This document shows, one piece after another, positions 1 to 13,780 of a DNA stretch of 64,000 bases. A program made the translations under genes and the position numbers. This DNA comes from Eledone cirrhosa. Lineage: Eukaryota. The notes below the pieces were generated by a model. That model was not told where the DNA came from. It saw nothing but the letters and a program-made list of their open reading frames with translations, and ran no database searches. How positions within the stretch are numbered: position 1 is the stretch's first letter; every line of letters begins with the position of its first letter. The stretch covers positions 129,766,001-129,830,000 of the forward strand of contig OZ024743.1 of the NCBI GenBank assembly GCA_964016885.1, read 5' to 3'.

Positions 1-3000
1 CAAGCACCAAACACCAAGCACCAAGCACCAAACACCAAGCACCAAACACCAAGCACCAAGCACCAAGCACCAAACACCAAGCACCAGGCACCAAGCACCA
101 AACACCAAGCACCATGGACCAAGCACCAAGCCCCAAACACTTAACACCAAGCACCAAGCACCAAACACCAAGCACCAAAAACCAAACACCAAGCACCGAC
201 TACTAAACACCAAGCACCAAGCACCAAACACCAAGCACCAAGCACCAATCACCAAACACCAAGAACCAAGCACCAAACACCAAGCACCAAGGACCAAGCA
301 CCAGGCACCAAGCACCAAGCACCAAACACAAAACACCAAGCACCAAACACAAAACACCAAGCACCAAGCACCAAGCAGCAAACACCAAGCATCAAACACC
401 AAACACCAAACACCAAGCACCAAACACCAAGCACCAAGCAGCAAACACCAAACACCAAGCACCAAGCACCAAGCACCAAACACCAAACACCATGCACCAA
501 ACACCAGACACCAAGCACCAAACACCAAGCACCAAGCACCAAGCACCAAACACCAAACAACAAGCACTAGGTACCAAGCACCAAACACCAAAAACCAAGC
601 ACCAAGCATCAAACACCAAACCCCAAGCACCAATCACCAAACACCAATCACCAAGCACCAAGCACCAAACACCAAGCACCAAACAGCAAACCCCAAGCAC
701 CAATCACCAAACACTAATCACCAAGCACCAAGCACCAATCACCAAGCACTAAGCACCAAGCGCCAAACACCAAGCACCAAGCACCAAACACCAAACCCCA
801 AGCACCAAAGACCAAGCACCAAGCACCAAGGACCAAACACCAAGCACCAAGCACCAAACACCCAGCACCAAGCACCAAGCACCAAACACCAAGCACCAAG
901 CACCAAACACCAAACACCAAACACCAAGCACCAAGCACCAAACAGCAAGCACCAAACACCAAACACAAAACAGCAAACATCAAACAGCAAACACCAAACA
1001 CCAAACAGCAAACAGCAAACGCCAAACACCAAGCACGAAGCACCAAGCACCAAACACCAAGCACCAAGCACCAAGCACAAAACACCAAACACCAAGCACC
1101 AAGGACCAAACATCAAACACCAAGCACCAAGCACCTAGCACAAAGCACCGAACACCAAGCACCAAACACCCAGCACCAAACACCAAACACCAAACACCAG
1201 CAGCAAGCACCAAACACCAAGCACCATGCACCAAACACCAAGCACCAAGCACCAAGCACCAAACACCAAGCACCAAACTCCAAACACCAAGCACCAAGTA
1301 CCAAACACCAAGCACTAAACACCAAACACCAAGCACCAAGCACCAATCTCCAAACACCAAGAACCAAGCACCAAACACCAAGCACCAAGCACCAAGTACA
1401 TACACCAAGAACCAAACACCAAACACAAAACACCAAGCACCAAGCAACAAGTATCAAACACCAAGCATCAAACACCAAACACCAAACACCAAACACCAAT
1501 CACCAAGCACCAAGCACCAAACACCAAGCACCAATCACCAAGCACCAAACACCAAGCACCATGCACCAAACACCAAGCACCAAATACCAAACACGAAACA
1601 CCAAGCACCAAGCATCAAACACCAAGCACCAAGCACCAAACACCAAGCACCAAACACCAAACACCAAGCACCAAGCACCAAGCACCAAACACCAAGCACC
1701 AAGCACCTAGCACCAAACACCAAGCACCAAACACCAGGCACCAAGCACCTAGCACCAAACACCAAACACCAAGCACCAAGCACCAAACACCAAGCACCAA
1801 TCACCAAGCACAAAAAACCAAGTACCAAGCACCAAACACCAAGCACCAAACACCAGGCACCAAGCACCTAGCACCAAACACCAAACACCAAGCACCAAGC
1901 ACTAAACACCAAGCACCAATCACCAAGCACAAAAAACCAAGCACCAAGCACCAAACACCAAGCCCCAAGTACCAAGCACCAAACACCAAGCACCAAACAC
2001 CAATCACCAAGCACCAAGCACCAAACACCAAGCACCAATCACCAAGCACCAAACACCAAGCACCATGCACCAAACACCAAGCACCAAATACCAAACACGA
2101 AACACCAAGCACCAAGCATCAAACACCAAGCACCAAGCACCAAACACCAAGCACCAAACACCAAACACCAAGCACCAAGCACCAAGCACCAAACACCAAG
2201 CACCAAGCACCTAGCACCAAACACCAAACACCAAGCACCAAGCAGCAAACACCAAGCACCAATCACCAAGCACCAAACACCAAGCAGCAAGCAGCAAGCA
2301 CCAAACACCAAACACCAAGCACCAAGCACCAAACACAAAGCACCAAGGACCAAACATCATACACCAAGCACCAAGCACCAAACACCTAACACCAAGCACC
2401 AAGCACCAAGCACCAAGCACCGAACACCAAGCACCAAACACCAAGCACCAATCACCAAGCACCAAACACCAAGCACCATGCACCAAACACCAAGCACCAA
2501 ATACCAAACACGAAACACCAAGCACCAAGCATCAAACACCAAGCACCAAGCACCAAACACCAAGCACCAAACGCCAAACACCAAGCACCAAGCACCAAGC
2601 ACCAAACACCAAGCACCAAGCACCTAGCACCAAACACCAAACACCAAGCACCAAGCAGCAAACACCAAGCACCAATCACCAAGCACCAAACACCAAGCAG
2701 CAAGCAGCAAGCACCAAACACCAAACACCAAGCACCAAGCACCAAACACAAAGCACCAAGGACCAAACATCATACACCAAGCACCAAGCACCAAACACCT
2801 AACACCAAGCACCAAGCACCAAGCACCAAGCACCGAACACCAAGCACCAAACACCAAGCACCAAACACCAAGCACCAAGCACCAAACACCAAGCACCAAA
2901 CACCAAGCACCAAGCACCAAGCACCAAACACCAAGCACCAGGCACCAAGCACCAAACACCAAGCACCATGGACCAAGCACCAAGCCCCAAACACTTAACA

Positions 3001-4353
3001 CCAAGCACCAAGCACCAAACACCAAGCACCAAAAACCAAACACCAAGCACCGACTACTAAACACCAAGCACCAAGCACCAAACACCAAGCACCAAGCACC
3101 AATCACCAAACACCAAGAACCAAGCACCAAACACCAAGCACCAAGGACCAAGCACCAGGCACCAAGCACCAAGCACCAAACACAAAACACCAAGCACCAA
3201 ACACAAAACACCAAGCACCAAGCACCAAGCAGCAAACACCAAGCATCAAACACCAAACACCAAACACCAAGCACCAAACACCAAGCACCAAGCAGCAAAC
3301 ACCAAACACCAAGCACCAAGCACCAAGCACCAAACACCAAACACCATGCACCAAACACCAGACACCAAGCACCAAACACCAAGCACCAAGCACCAAGCAC
3401 CAAACACCAAACAACAAGCACTAGGTACCAAGCACCAAACACCAAAAACCAAGCACCAAGCATCAAACACCAAACCCCAAGCACCAATCACCAAACACCA
3501 ATCACCAAGCACCAAGCACCAAACACCAAGCACCAAACAGCAAACCCCAAGCACCAATCACCAAACACTAATCACCAAGCACCAAGCACCAATCACCAAG
3601 CACTAAGCACCAAGCGCCAAACACCAAGCACCAAGCACCAAACACCAAACCCCAAGCACCAAAGACCAAGCACCAAGCACCAAGGACCAAACACCAAGCA
3701 CCAAGCACCAAACACCCAGCACCAAGCACCAAGCACCAAACACCAAGCACCAAGCACCAAACACCAAACACCAAACACCAAGCACCAAGCACCAAACAGC
3801 AAGCACCAAACACCAAACACAAAACAGCAAACATCAAACAGCAAACACCAAACACCAAACAGCAAACAGCAAACGCCAAACACCAAGCACGAAGCACCAA
3901 GCACCAAACACCAAGCACCAAGCACCAAGCACAAAACACCAAACACCAAGCACCAAGGACCAAACATCAAACACCAAGCACCAAGCACCTAGCACAAAGC
4001 ACCGAACACCAAGCACCAAACACCCAGCACCAAACACCAAACACCAAACACCAGCAGCAAGCACCAAACACCAAGCACCATGCACCAAACACCAAGCACC
4101 AAGCACCAAGCACCAAACACCAAGCACCAAACACCAAACACCAAGCACCAAGTACCAAACACCAAGCACTAAACACCAAACACCAAGCACCAAGCACCAA
4201 TCTCCAAACACCAAGAACCAAGCACCAAACACCAAGCACCAAGCACCAAGTACATACACCAAGAACCAAACACCAAACACAAAACACCAAGCACCAAGCA
4301 ACAAGTATCAAACACCAAGCATCAAACACCAAACACCAAACACCAAACACCAA
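1..4353 (+). repeat. Duplication 1..1499 = 2855..4353 (offset 2854)
   Basis: ORF pairs at constant offset 2854: 203/3057, 249/3103, 392/3246, 492/3346, 714/3568, 980/3834. Shared rare motifs CCATGG (112/2966), CACCGACTACTAAA and GGTACC (570/3424). One visible difference at 1279 (CTCCAAA vs CACCAAA). The copies diverge at 1500/4354. Confidence 0.93.
1495..2855 (+). repeat. Cluster of short in-register duplications, offsets 119, 504 and 413 bp (17, 72 and 59 monomers)
   Basis: ORF stops 1500/2004 and 1535/2039 (504); 2039/2452, 2211/2624 and 2357/2770 (413). The CACCTAG...CACAAAAAACCAAG block recurs at 1750/1869 (119). Confidence 0.88.
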
Positions 4354-5429
4354 GCACCAAGCACCAAGCACCAAGCACAATCATCAAGCACCCAGCACCA
4401 AACACCAAGCACCAAGCACCAAGCACCAAACACCAAGCACCAAACACCAAACACCAAGCACCAAACACCAAACACCAAGCACCAAGCCCCAAAACCCAAA
4501 CACCAAGCACCAAGCACCAAACACCAAACACCAAACACCAGAAACCAAGCACCAAACACCAAATACGAAACACCAAACACCAAGCACCAAACACTAAGCA
4601 CCAAGCACCAAACAGCAAATCCCAAGCACCAAGCACCAAACATTAATCACCAAGCACCACACAACAAGCACCAAGCACCAAGAACCAGGCACCAAGCACC
4701 AAGCACCAAACACAAAACACCAAGCACCAAGCACCAAGCACCAAACACCAAACACCAAGCACCAGACACCAAGCACCAAGCACCAATCACCAAACAACAA
4801 GCACCAAGCACCAAACACCAAACACCAAACACCAAACACCAGGCACCAGACACCAAGCACCAAGCACCAATCACCAAACAACAAGCACCAAGCACCAAAC
4901 ACCAAACACCAAGCACCAAGCACCAAACACCAAACACCAAGCACCAAGCACCAAACACCAATCACCAAAGACCAAAGACCAAACAGGAAACACCAAACAC
5001 CAAACACCAAACAGGAAACACCAAACACGAAACAGCAAACACCATACAGCAAACACCAAACACCAAAAAGCAGACAGCAAACAGCAAACACCAAACACCA
5101 AACACCAAGCACCAATCACCAAACACCAAGTACCAAGCACCAAACACCAAGCACCAAGCACCAAACACCAAACACCAAGCACCAAACACCAAGCACCAAG
5201 CACCAAGCGACAAACACCAAGCACCAAGCACCAAGCACCAAACGCCAACCACCCAGCACCAAGCACCAAGCACCAAACACCAAGCACCAAGCACCAAACA
5301 CCAAGCCCCAAACACCAAGCACCAAGCACCAAACACCAAGCACCAAGCACCAAACACCAAGCACCAAGCACCAAATGCCAACCACCCAGCACCAAGCACC
5401 AAGCACCAAACACCAAACACCAAACACCA

Positions 5430-8400
5430 AGCACCAAGCACCAAACACCAAGCCCCAAGTACCAAGCACCAAACACCAAGCACCAAACACCAGGCACCAA
5501 GCACCTAGCACCAAACACCAAACACCAAGCACCAAGCACCAAACACCAAGCACCAATCACCAAGCACCAAACACCAAGCACCATGCACCAAACACCAAGC
5601 ACCAAATACCAAACACCAAACACCTAGCACCAAGCACCAAACACCAAGCCCCAAGTACCAAGCACCAAACACCAAGCACCAAACACCAATCACCAAGCAC
5701 CTAGCACCAAACACCAAACACCAAGCACCAAGCACCAAACACCAAGCACCAATCACCAAGCACCAAACACCAAGCACCATGCACCAAACACCAAACACCA
5801 AATACCAAACACGAAACACCAAGCACCAAGCATCAAACACCAAGCACCAAGCACCAAACACCAAGCACCAAACACCAAACACCAAGCACCAAGCACGAAG
5901 CACCAAACACCAAGCACCAGGCACCAAGCACCAAACACCAAGCACCAAGCACCAAACACCAAGCACCAAGCACCAAGCACAAAACACCAAACACCAAGCA
6001 CCAAACACCTAACACCAAGCACCAAGCACCAAACACCAAGCAGCAAACACCAAACACCAAGCACCAAACACCAAGCACCAAACACCTAACACCAAGCACC
6101 AAGCACCAAGCACCAAACACCAAGCAGCAAACACCAAACACCAAGCACCAAGCACCAAGCACCAAGCACCAAGCACCAAGCACCAAACACCATGCACCAA
6201 ACACCAAGCACCAAGCACCAAGCACCAAACACGAAGCACCAAGCTCCAAGCACCAAACACCAAGCTCCAAACACCAAACACCAAGAACAATGCACCAAAC
6301 ACCAAGCACTAAACACCAAACACCAAACACCAAACACCAAGCAACAAGCACCAAACAACAAGCACCAGGCACCAAACACCAAGCACCAAGCACCAAACGC
6401 CAAGCACCAAACACCAAGCACCAAGCACCAAGCACTAAACACCAAATGGCAAACACCAAACACCAAACACAAAAAGCAAACACAAAACAACAAGCACCAA
6501 TCACCAAACAACAAGCACCAGGCACCAAGCACTAAACACCAAACAGCAAGCACCAAGCACCAATCACCAAACACCAAGCACCAAGCATCAAACACCAAGC
6601 ACCAAGCACCAAGCATCAAACACCAAACACCAAAGACCAAACACCAAATAGCAAAGACCAAACACGAAACAGCAAACACCATACAGCAAACACCAAACAC
6701 CAAACAGCAAACAGCAAACACCAAGCACCAAGCACCAAACACCAAGTACCAAGCACCAAACACCAAGCACCAAGCACCAAACACCAAACCCCAAGCACCA
6801 AGTACCAAACACTAATCACCAAGCACCAAGCACCAAGCACCAAATACCAAGCACCAAGCACCAAGCACCAAACACCAAACACCAAGCATGCAGCACCAAA
6901 CACCAAGCACCAAGCACCAAGCACCAAACACCAAGCACCAAGCACCAAACACCAAACACCGAACACCAAGCACCAAGCACCAAGCACCAAACACCAAACA
7001 CCAAACACCAAGCACCAGACACCAAGCACCAAACACCAAACACCAAACACCAAGCGCCAAGCACCAATCACCAAACAACAAGCACCAAGCACCAAGCACC
7101 AAACACCAAGCACCAAAGACCAAAGACCAAACAGGAAACACCAAACACCAAACACCAAACACCAAACAGCAAACACCAAACACCAAACAGCAAACACCAT
7201 ACAGCAAACACCAAACACCAAAAAGCAGACAGCAAACAGCAAACACCAAACACCAAACACCAAACAGCAAACACCAAGCACCAAACACCAAGCACCAAGC
7301 ACTGAACACCAAACCCCAAGCACAAAGCACCAAACACTAATCACCAAGCACCAAGCACCAAACACCAAGCACCAACCACCAAACACCAAGCACCAAGCAC
7401 TAAACGCCAACCACCCAGCACCAAGCACCAAGGACCAAACACCAAGCACCAAAAACCAAACACCAAGCACCAGGCACCAAGCACCAAGCACCAAACACCA
7501 AGCCCCAAGCACCAAGCACCAAGCACCAAACACCAAGCACCAAACACCAAGCACCAATCACCAAACGCCAACCACCCAGCACCAAGCACCAAGCACCAAA
7601 CACCAAACACCAAACACCAAGCACCAAGCACCAAGCACCAAACACCAAGCCCCAAGTACCAAGCACCAAACACCAAGCACCAAACACCAAGCACCAAGCA
7701 CCAAGCACCTAGCACCAAACACCAAACACCAAGCACCAAGCACCAAACAACAAGCACCAATCACCAAGCACCAAACCCCAAGCAGCAAGCAGCAAGCACC
7801 AAACACCAAACACCAAGCACCAAGCACCGAACACCAAGCACCAAGCACCAAACACCTAACACCTTACACCAAGCACCAAGCACCAAACACCAAGCACCAA
7901 GCACCAAACACCAAGCACCAAGCACCAAGCACCAAACACCAAACACCAAACACCAAGCACCAAGCACCAAACACCAAGCACCAATCACCAAGCACCAAGC
8001 ACCAAGCACCAAACACCAAGAACCAAGCACCAAGCACCAAACACCAAGTACAAACACCATGCACCAAGCACCAAACACCAAACACCAAGCACCAAGCACC
8101 AAGCACCAAGCATCAAACACCAAGCATCAAAAACCAGACACCAAACACCAAGCACCAAACACCAAGCACCCTGCACCAAACACCAAGCACCAATCACCAA
8201 GCACCAAACACGAAGCACCAAGCTCCAAGCACCAAACACCAAGCACCAAACACCAAACACCAAGCACCATGCACCAAGCACCAAACACCAAACACCAAGC
8301 ACCAAGCACCAAACACCAAACACCAAGCACTAAACACCAAGCACCAAGCACCAAACAACAAGCACCAGGCACCAAACACCAAGCACCAAGCACCAAACGC

Positions 8401-11380
8401 CAAGCACCAAGCACCAAACACCAAGCCCCAAGTACCAAGCACCAAACACCAAGCACCAAACACCAGGCACCAAGCACCTAGCACCAAACACCAAACACCA
8501 AGCACCAAGCACCAAACACCAAGCACCAATCACCAAGCACAAAAAACCAAGCACCATGCACCAAACACCAAGCACCAAATACCAAACACCAAACACCTAG
8601 CACCAAGCACCAAACACCAAGCCCCAAGTACCAAGCACCAAACACCAAGCACCAAACACCAATCACCAAGCACCTAGCACCAAACACCAAACACCAAGCA
8701 CCAAGCACCAAACACCAAGCACCAATCACCAAGCACCAAACACCAAGCACCATGCACCAAACACCAAGCACCAAATACCAAACACGAAACACCAAGCACC
8801 AAGCATCAAACACCAAGCACCAAGCACCAAACACCAAGCACCAAACACCAAACACCAAGCACCAAGCACGAAGCACCAAACACCAAGCACCAGGCACCAA
8901 GCACCAAACACCAAGCACCAAGCACCAAACACCAAGCACCAAGCACCAAGCACAAAACACCAAACACCAAGCACCAAACACCTAACACCAAGCACCAAGC
9001 ACCAAACACCAAGCAGCAAACACCAAACACCAAGCACCAAACACCAAGCACCAAACACCTAACACCAAGCACCAAGCACCAAGCACCAAACACCAAGCAG
9101 CAAACACCAAACACCAAGCACCAAACACCAAGCAGCAAACACCAAACACCAAGCACCAAACACCAAGCACCAAGCACCAAGCACCAAGCACCAAGCACCA
9201 AGCACCAAACACCAAGCACCAAACACCAAGCACCAAGCACCAAGCACCAAACACGAAGCACCAAGCTCCAAGCACCAAACACCAAGCTCCAAACACCAAA
9301 CACCAAGAACAATGCACCAAACACCAAGCACTAAACACCAAACACCAAACACCAAACACCAAGCAACAAGCACCAAACAACAAGCACCAGGCACCAAACA
9401 CCAAGCACCAAGCACCAAACGCCAAGCACCAAACACCAAGCACCAAGCACCAAGCACTAAACACCAAACGGCAAACACCAAACACCAAACAGCAAAAAGC
9501 AAACACCAAACAACAAGCACCAATCACCAAACAACAAGCACCAGGCACCAAGCACTAAACACCAAATAGCAAGCACCAAGCACCAATCACCAAACACCAA
9601 GCACCAAGCATCAAACACCAAGCACCAAGCACCAAGCATCAAACACCAAACACCAAAGACCAAACACCAAATAGCAAACACCATACAGCAAACACCAAAC
9701 ACCAAACAGCAAACAGCAAACACCAAACACCAAGCACCAAACACCAAGTACCAAGCACCAAACACCAAGCACCAAGCACCAAACACCAAACCCCAAGCAC
9801 CAAGCACCAAACACTAATCACCAAGCACCAAGCACCAAGCACCAAATACCAAGCACCAAGCACCAAGCACCAAACACCAAACACCAAGCATGCAGCACCA
9901 AACACCAAGCACCAAGCACCAAGCACCAAACACCAAGCACCAAGCACCAAACACCAAACACCGAACACCAAGCACCAAGCACCAAGCACCAAACACCAAA
10001 CACCAAACACCAAGCACCAGACACCAAGCACCAAACACCAAACACCAAACACCAAGCGCCAAGCACCAATCACCAAACAACAAGCACCAAGCACCAAGCA
10101 CCAAACACCAAGCACCAAAGACCAAAGACCAAACAGGAAACACCAAACACCAAACACCAAACACCAAACAGCAAACACCATACAGCAAACACCAAACACC
10201 AAAAAGCAGACAGCAAACAGCAAACACCAAACACCAAACACCAAACAGCAAACACCAAGCACCAAACACCAAGCACCAAGCACTGAACACCAAACCCCAA
10301 GCACCAAGCACCAAACACTAATCACCAAGCACCAAGCACCAAACACCAAGCACCAACCACCAAACACCAATCACCAAGCACTAAACGCCAACCACCCAGC
10401 ACCATGCACCAAGGACCAAACACCAAGCACCAAAAACCAAACACCAAGCACCAGGCACCAAGCACCAAGCACCAAACACCAAGCCCCAAGCACCAAGCAC
10501 CAAGCACCAAACACCAAGCACCAAACACCAAGCACCAATCACCAAACGCCAACCACCCAGCACCAAGCACCAAGCACCAAACACCAAACACCAAACACCA
10601 AGCACCAAGCACCAAGCACCAAACACCAAGCCCCAAGTACCAAGCACCAAACACCAAGCACCAAACACCAAGCACCAAGCACCAAGCACCTAGCACCAAA
10701 CACCAAACACCAAGCACCAAGCACCAAACAACAAGCACCAATCACCAAGCACCAAACCCCAAGCAGCAAGCAGCAAGCACCAAACACCAAACACCAAGCA
10801 CCAAGCACCAAACACCAAGCACCAAGCACCAAACACCTAACACCTTACACCAAGCACCAAGCACCAAACACCAAGCACCAAGCACCAAACACCAAGCACC
10901 AAGCACCAAGCACCAAACACCAAACACCAAACACCAAGCACCAAGCACCAAACACCAAGCACCAAACACCAAGCACCAAGCACACAGCACCAAACACCAA
11001 GAACCAAGCACCAAGCACCAAACACCAAGTACAAACACCATGCACCAAGCACCAAACACCAAACACCAAGCACCAAGCACCAAGCATCAAACACCAAGCA
11101 TCAAAAACCAAACACCAAACACCAAGCACCAAACACCAAGCACCCTGCACCAAACACCAAGCACCAATCACCAAGCACCAAACACGAAGCACCAAGCTCC
11201 AAGCACCAAACACCAAGCACCAAACACCAAACACCAAGCACCATGCACCAAGCACCAAACACCAAACACCAAGCACCAAGCACCAAACACCAAACACCAA
11301 GCACTAAACACCAAGCACCAAGCACCAAACAACAAGCACCAGGCACCAAACACCAAGCACCAAGCACCAAACGCCAAGCA
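5430..11380 (+). repeat. Tandem ~3.0 kb duplication (about 5430-8405 and 8405-11380), diverged by whole-monomer indels
   Basis: Offsets: 2973 (5505/8478, 5753/8726, 6086/9059), 3022-3023 (6290/9312, 6588/9611), 3002 (6812/9814, 7068/10070), 2981 (7341/10322, 7761/10742), 2974 (8127/11101). Confidence 0.88.
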
Positions 11381-13780
11381 CCAAACACCAAGCACCAAGC
11401 ACCAAGCACCAAACACCAAACACCAAGCACCAAGCACCAAGCACCAAACACCAAGCAGCAAACACCAAACACCAAGCACCAAACACCAAGCAGCAAACAC
11501 CAAACACCAAGCACCAAACACCAAGCACCAAGCACCAAGCACCAAGCACCAAGCACCAAGCACCAAACACCAAGCACCAAACACCAAGCACCAAGCACCA
11601 AGCACCAAACACGAAGCACCAAGCTCCAAGCACCAAACACCAAGCTCCAAACACCAAACACCAAGAACAATGCACCAAACACCAAGCACTAAACACCAAA
11701 CACCAAACACCAAACACCAAGCAACAAGCACCAAACAACAAGCACCAGGCACCAAACACCAAGCACCAAGCACCAAACGCCAAGCACCAAACACCAAGCA
11801 CCAAGCACCAAGCACTAAACACCAAACGGCAAACACCAAACACCAAACAGCAAAAAGCAAACACCAAACAACAAGCACCAATCACCAAACAACAAGCACC
11901 AGGCACCAAGCACTAAACACCAAATAGCAAGCACCAAGCACCAATCACCAAACACCAAGCACCAAGCATCAAACACCAAGCACCAAGCACCAAGCATCAA
12001 ACACCAAACACCAAAGACCAAACACCAAATAGCAAACACCATACAGCAAACACCAAACACCAAACAGCAAACAGCAAACACCAAACACCAAGCACCAAAC
12101 ACCAAGTACCAAGCACCAAACACCAAGCACCAAGCACCAAACACCAAACCCCAAGCACCAAGCACCAAACACTAATCACCAAGCACCAAGCACCAAGCAC
12201 CAAATACCAAGCACCAAGCACCAAGCACCAAACACCAAACACCAAGCATGCAGCACCAAACACCAAGCACCAAGCACCAAGCACCAAACACCAAGCACCA
12301 AGCACCAAACACCAAACACCGAACACCAAGCACCAAGCACCAAGCACCAAACACCAAACACCAAACACCAAGCACCAGACACCAAGCACCAAACACCAAA
12401 CACCAAACACCAAGCGCCAAGCACCAATCACCAAACAACAAGCACCAAGCACCAAGCACCAAACACCAAGCACCAAAGACCAAAGACCAAACAGGAAACA
12501 CCAAACACCAAACACCAAACACCAAACAGCAAACACCATACAGCAAACACCAAACACCAAAAAGCAGACAGCAAACAGCAAACACCAAACACCAAACACC
12601 AAACAGCAAACACCAAGCACCAAACACCAAGCACCAAGCACTGAACACCAAACCCCAAGCACCAAGCACCAAACACTAATCACCAAGCACCAAGCACCAA
12701 ACACCAAGCACCAACCACCAAACACCAATCACCAAGCACTAAACGCCAACCACCCAGCACCATGCACCAAGGACCAAACACCAAGCACCAAAAACCAAAC
12801 ACCAAGCACCAGGCACCAAGCACCAAGCACCAAACACCAAGCCCCAAGCACCAAGCACCAAGCACCAAACACCAAGCACCAAACACCAAGCACCAATCAC
12901 CAAACGCCAACCACCCAGCACCAAGCACCAAGCACCAAACACCAAACACCAAACACCAAGCACCAAGCACCAAGCACCAAACACCAAGCCCCAAGTACCA
13001 AGCACCAAACACCAAGCACCAAACACCAAGCACCAAGCACCAAGCACCTAGCACCAAACACCAAACACCAAGCACCAAGCACCAAACAACAAGCACCAAT
13101 CACCAAGCACCAAACCCCAAGCAGCAAGCAGCAAGCACCAAACACCAAACACCAAGCACCAAGCACCAAACACCAAGCACCAAGCACCAAACACCTAACA
13201 CCTTACACCAAGCACCAAGCACCAAACACCAAGCACCAAGCACCAAACACCAAGCACCAAGCACCAAGCACCAAACACCAAACACCAAACACCAAGCACC
13301 AAGCACCAAACACCAAGCACCAAACACCAAGCACCAAGCACACAGCACCAAACACCAAGAACCAAGCACCAAGCACCAAACACCAAGTACAAACACCATG
13401 CACCAAGCACCAAACACCAAACACCAAGCACCAAGCACCAAGCATCAAACACCAAGCATCAAAAACCAAACACCAAACACCAAGCACCAAACACCAAGCA
13501 CCCTGCACCAAACACCAAGCACCAATCACCAAGCACCAAACACGAAGCACCAAGCTCCAAGCACCAAACACCAAGCACCAAACACCAAACACCAAGCACC
13601 ATGCACCAAGCACCAAACACCAAACACCAAGCATCAAGCACCAAACACCAAACACCAAGCACTAAACACCAAGCACCAAGCACCAAACAACAAGCACCAG
13701 GCACCAAACACCAAGCACCAAGCACCAAACGCCAAGCACCAAACACCAAGCACCAAGCACCAAGCACCAAACACCAAACG
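9065..13780 (+). repeat. Tandem 2358-bp duplication, near identical
   Basis: Matching ORFs at constant offset 2358: 9457/11815, 9639/11997, 9814/12172, 10322/12680, 10742/13100, 11101/13459. Confidence 0.92.
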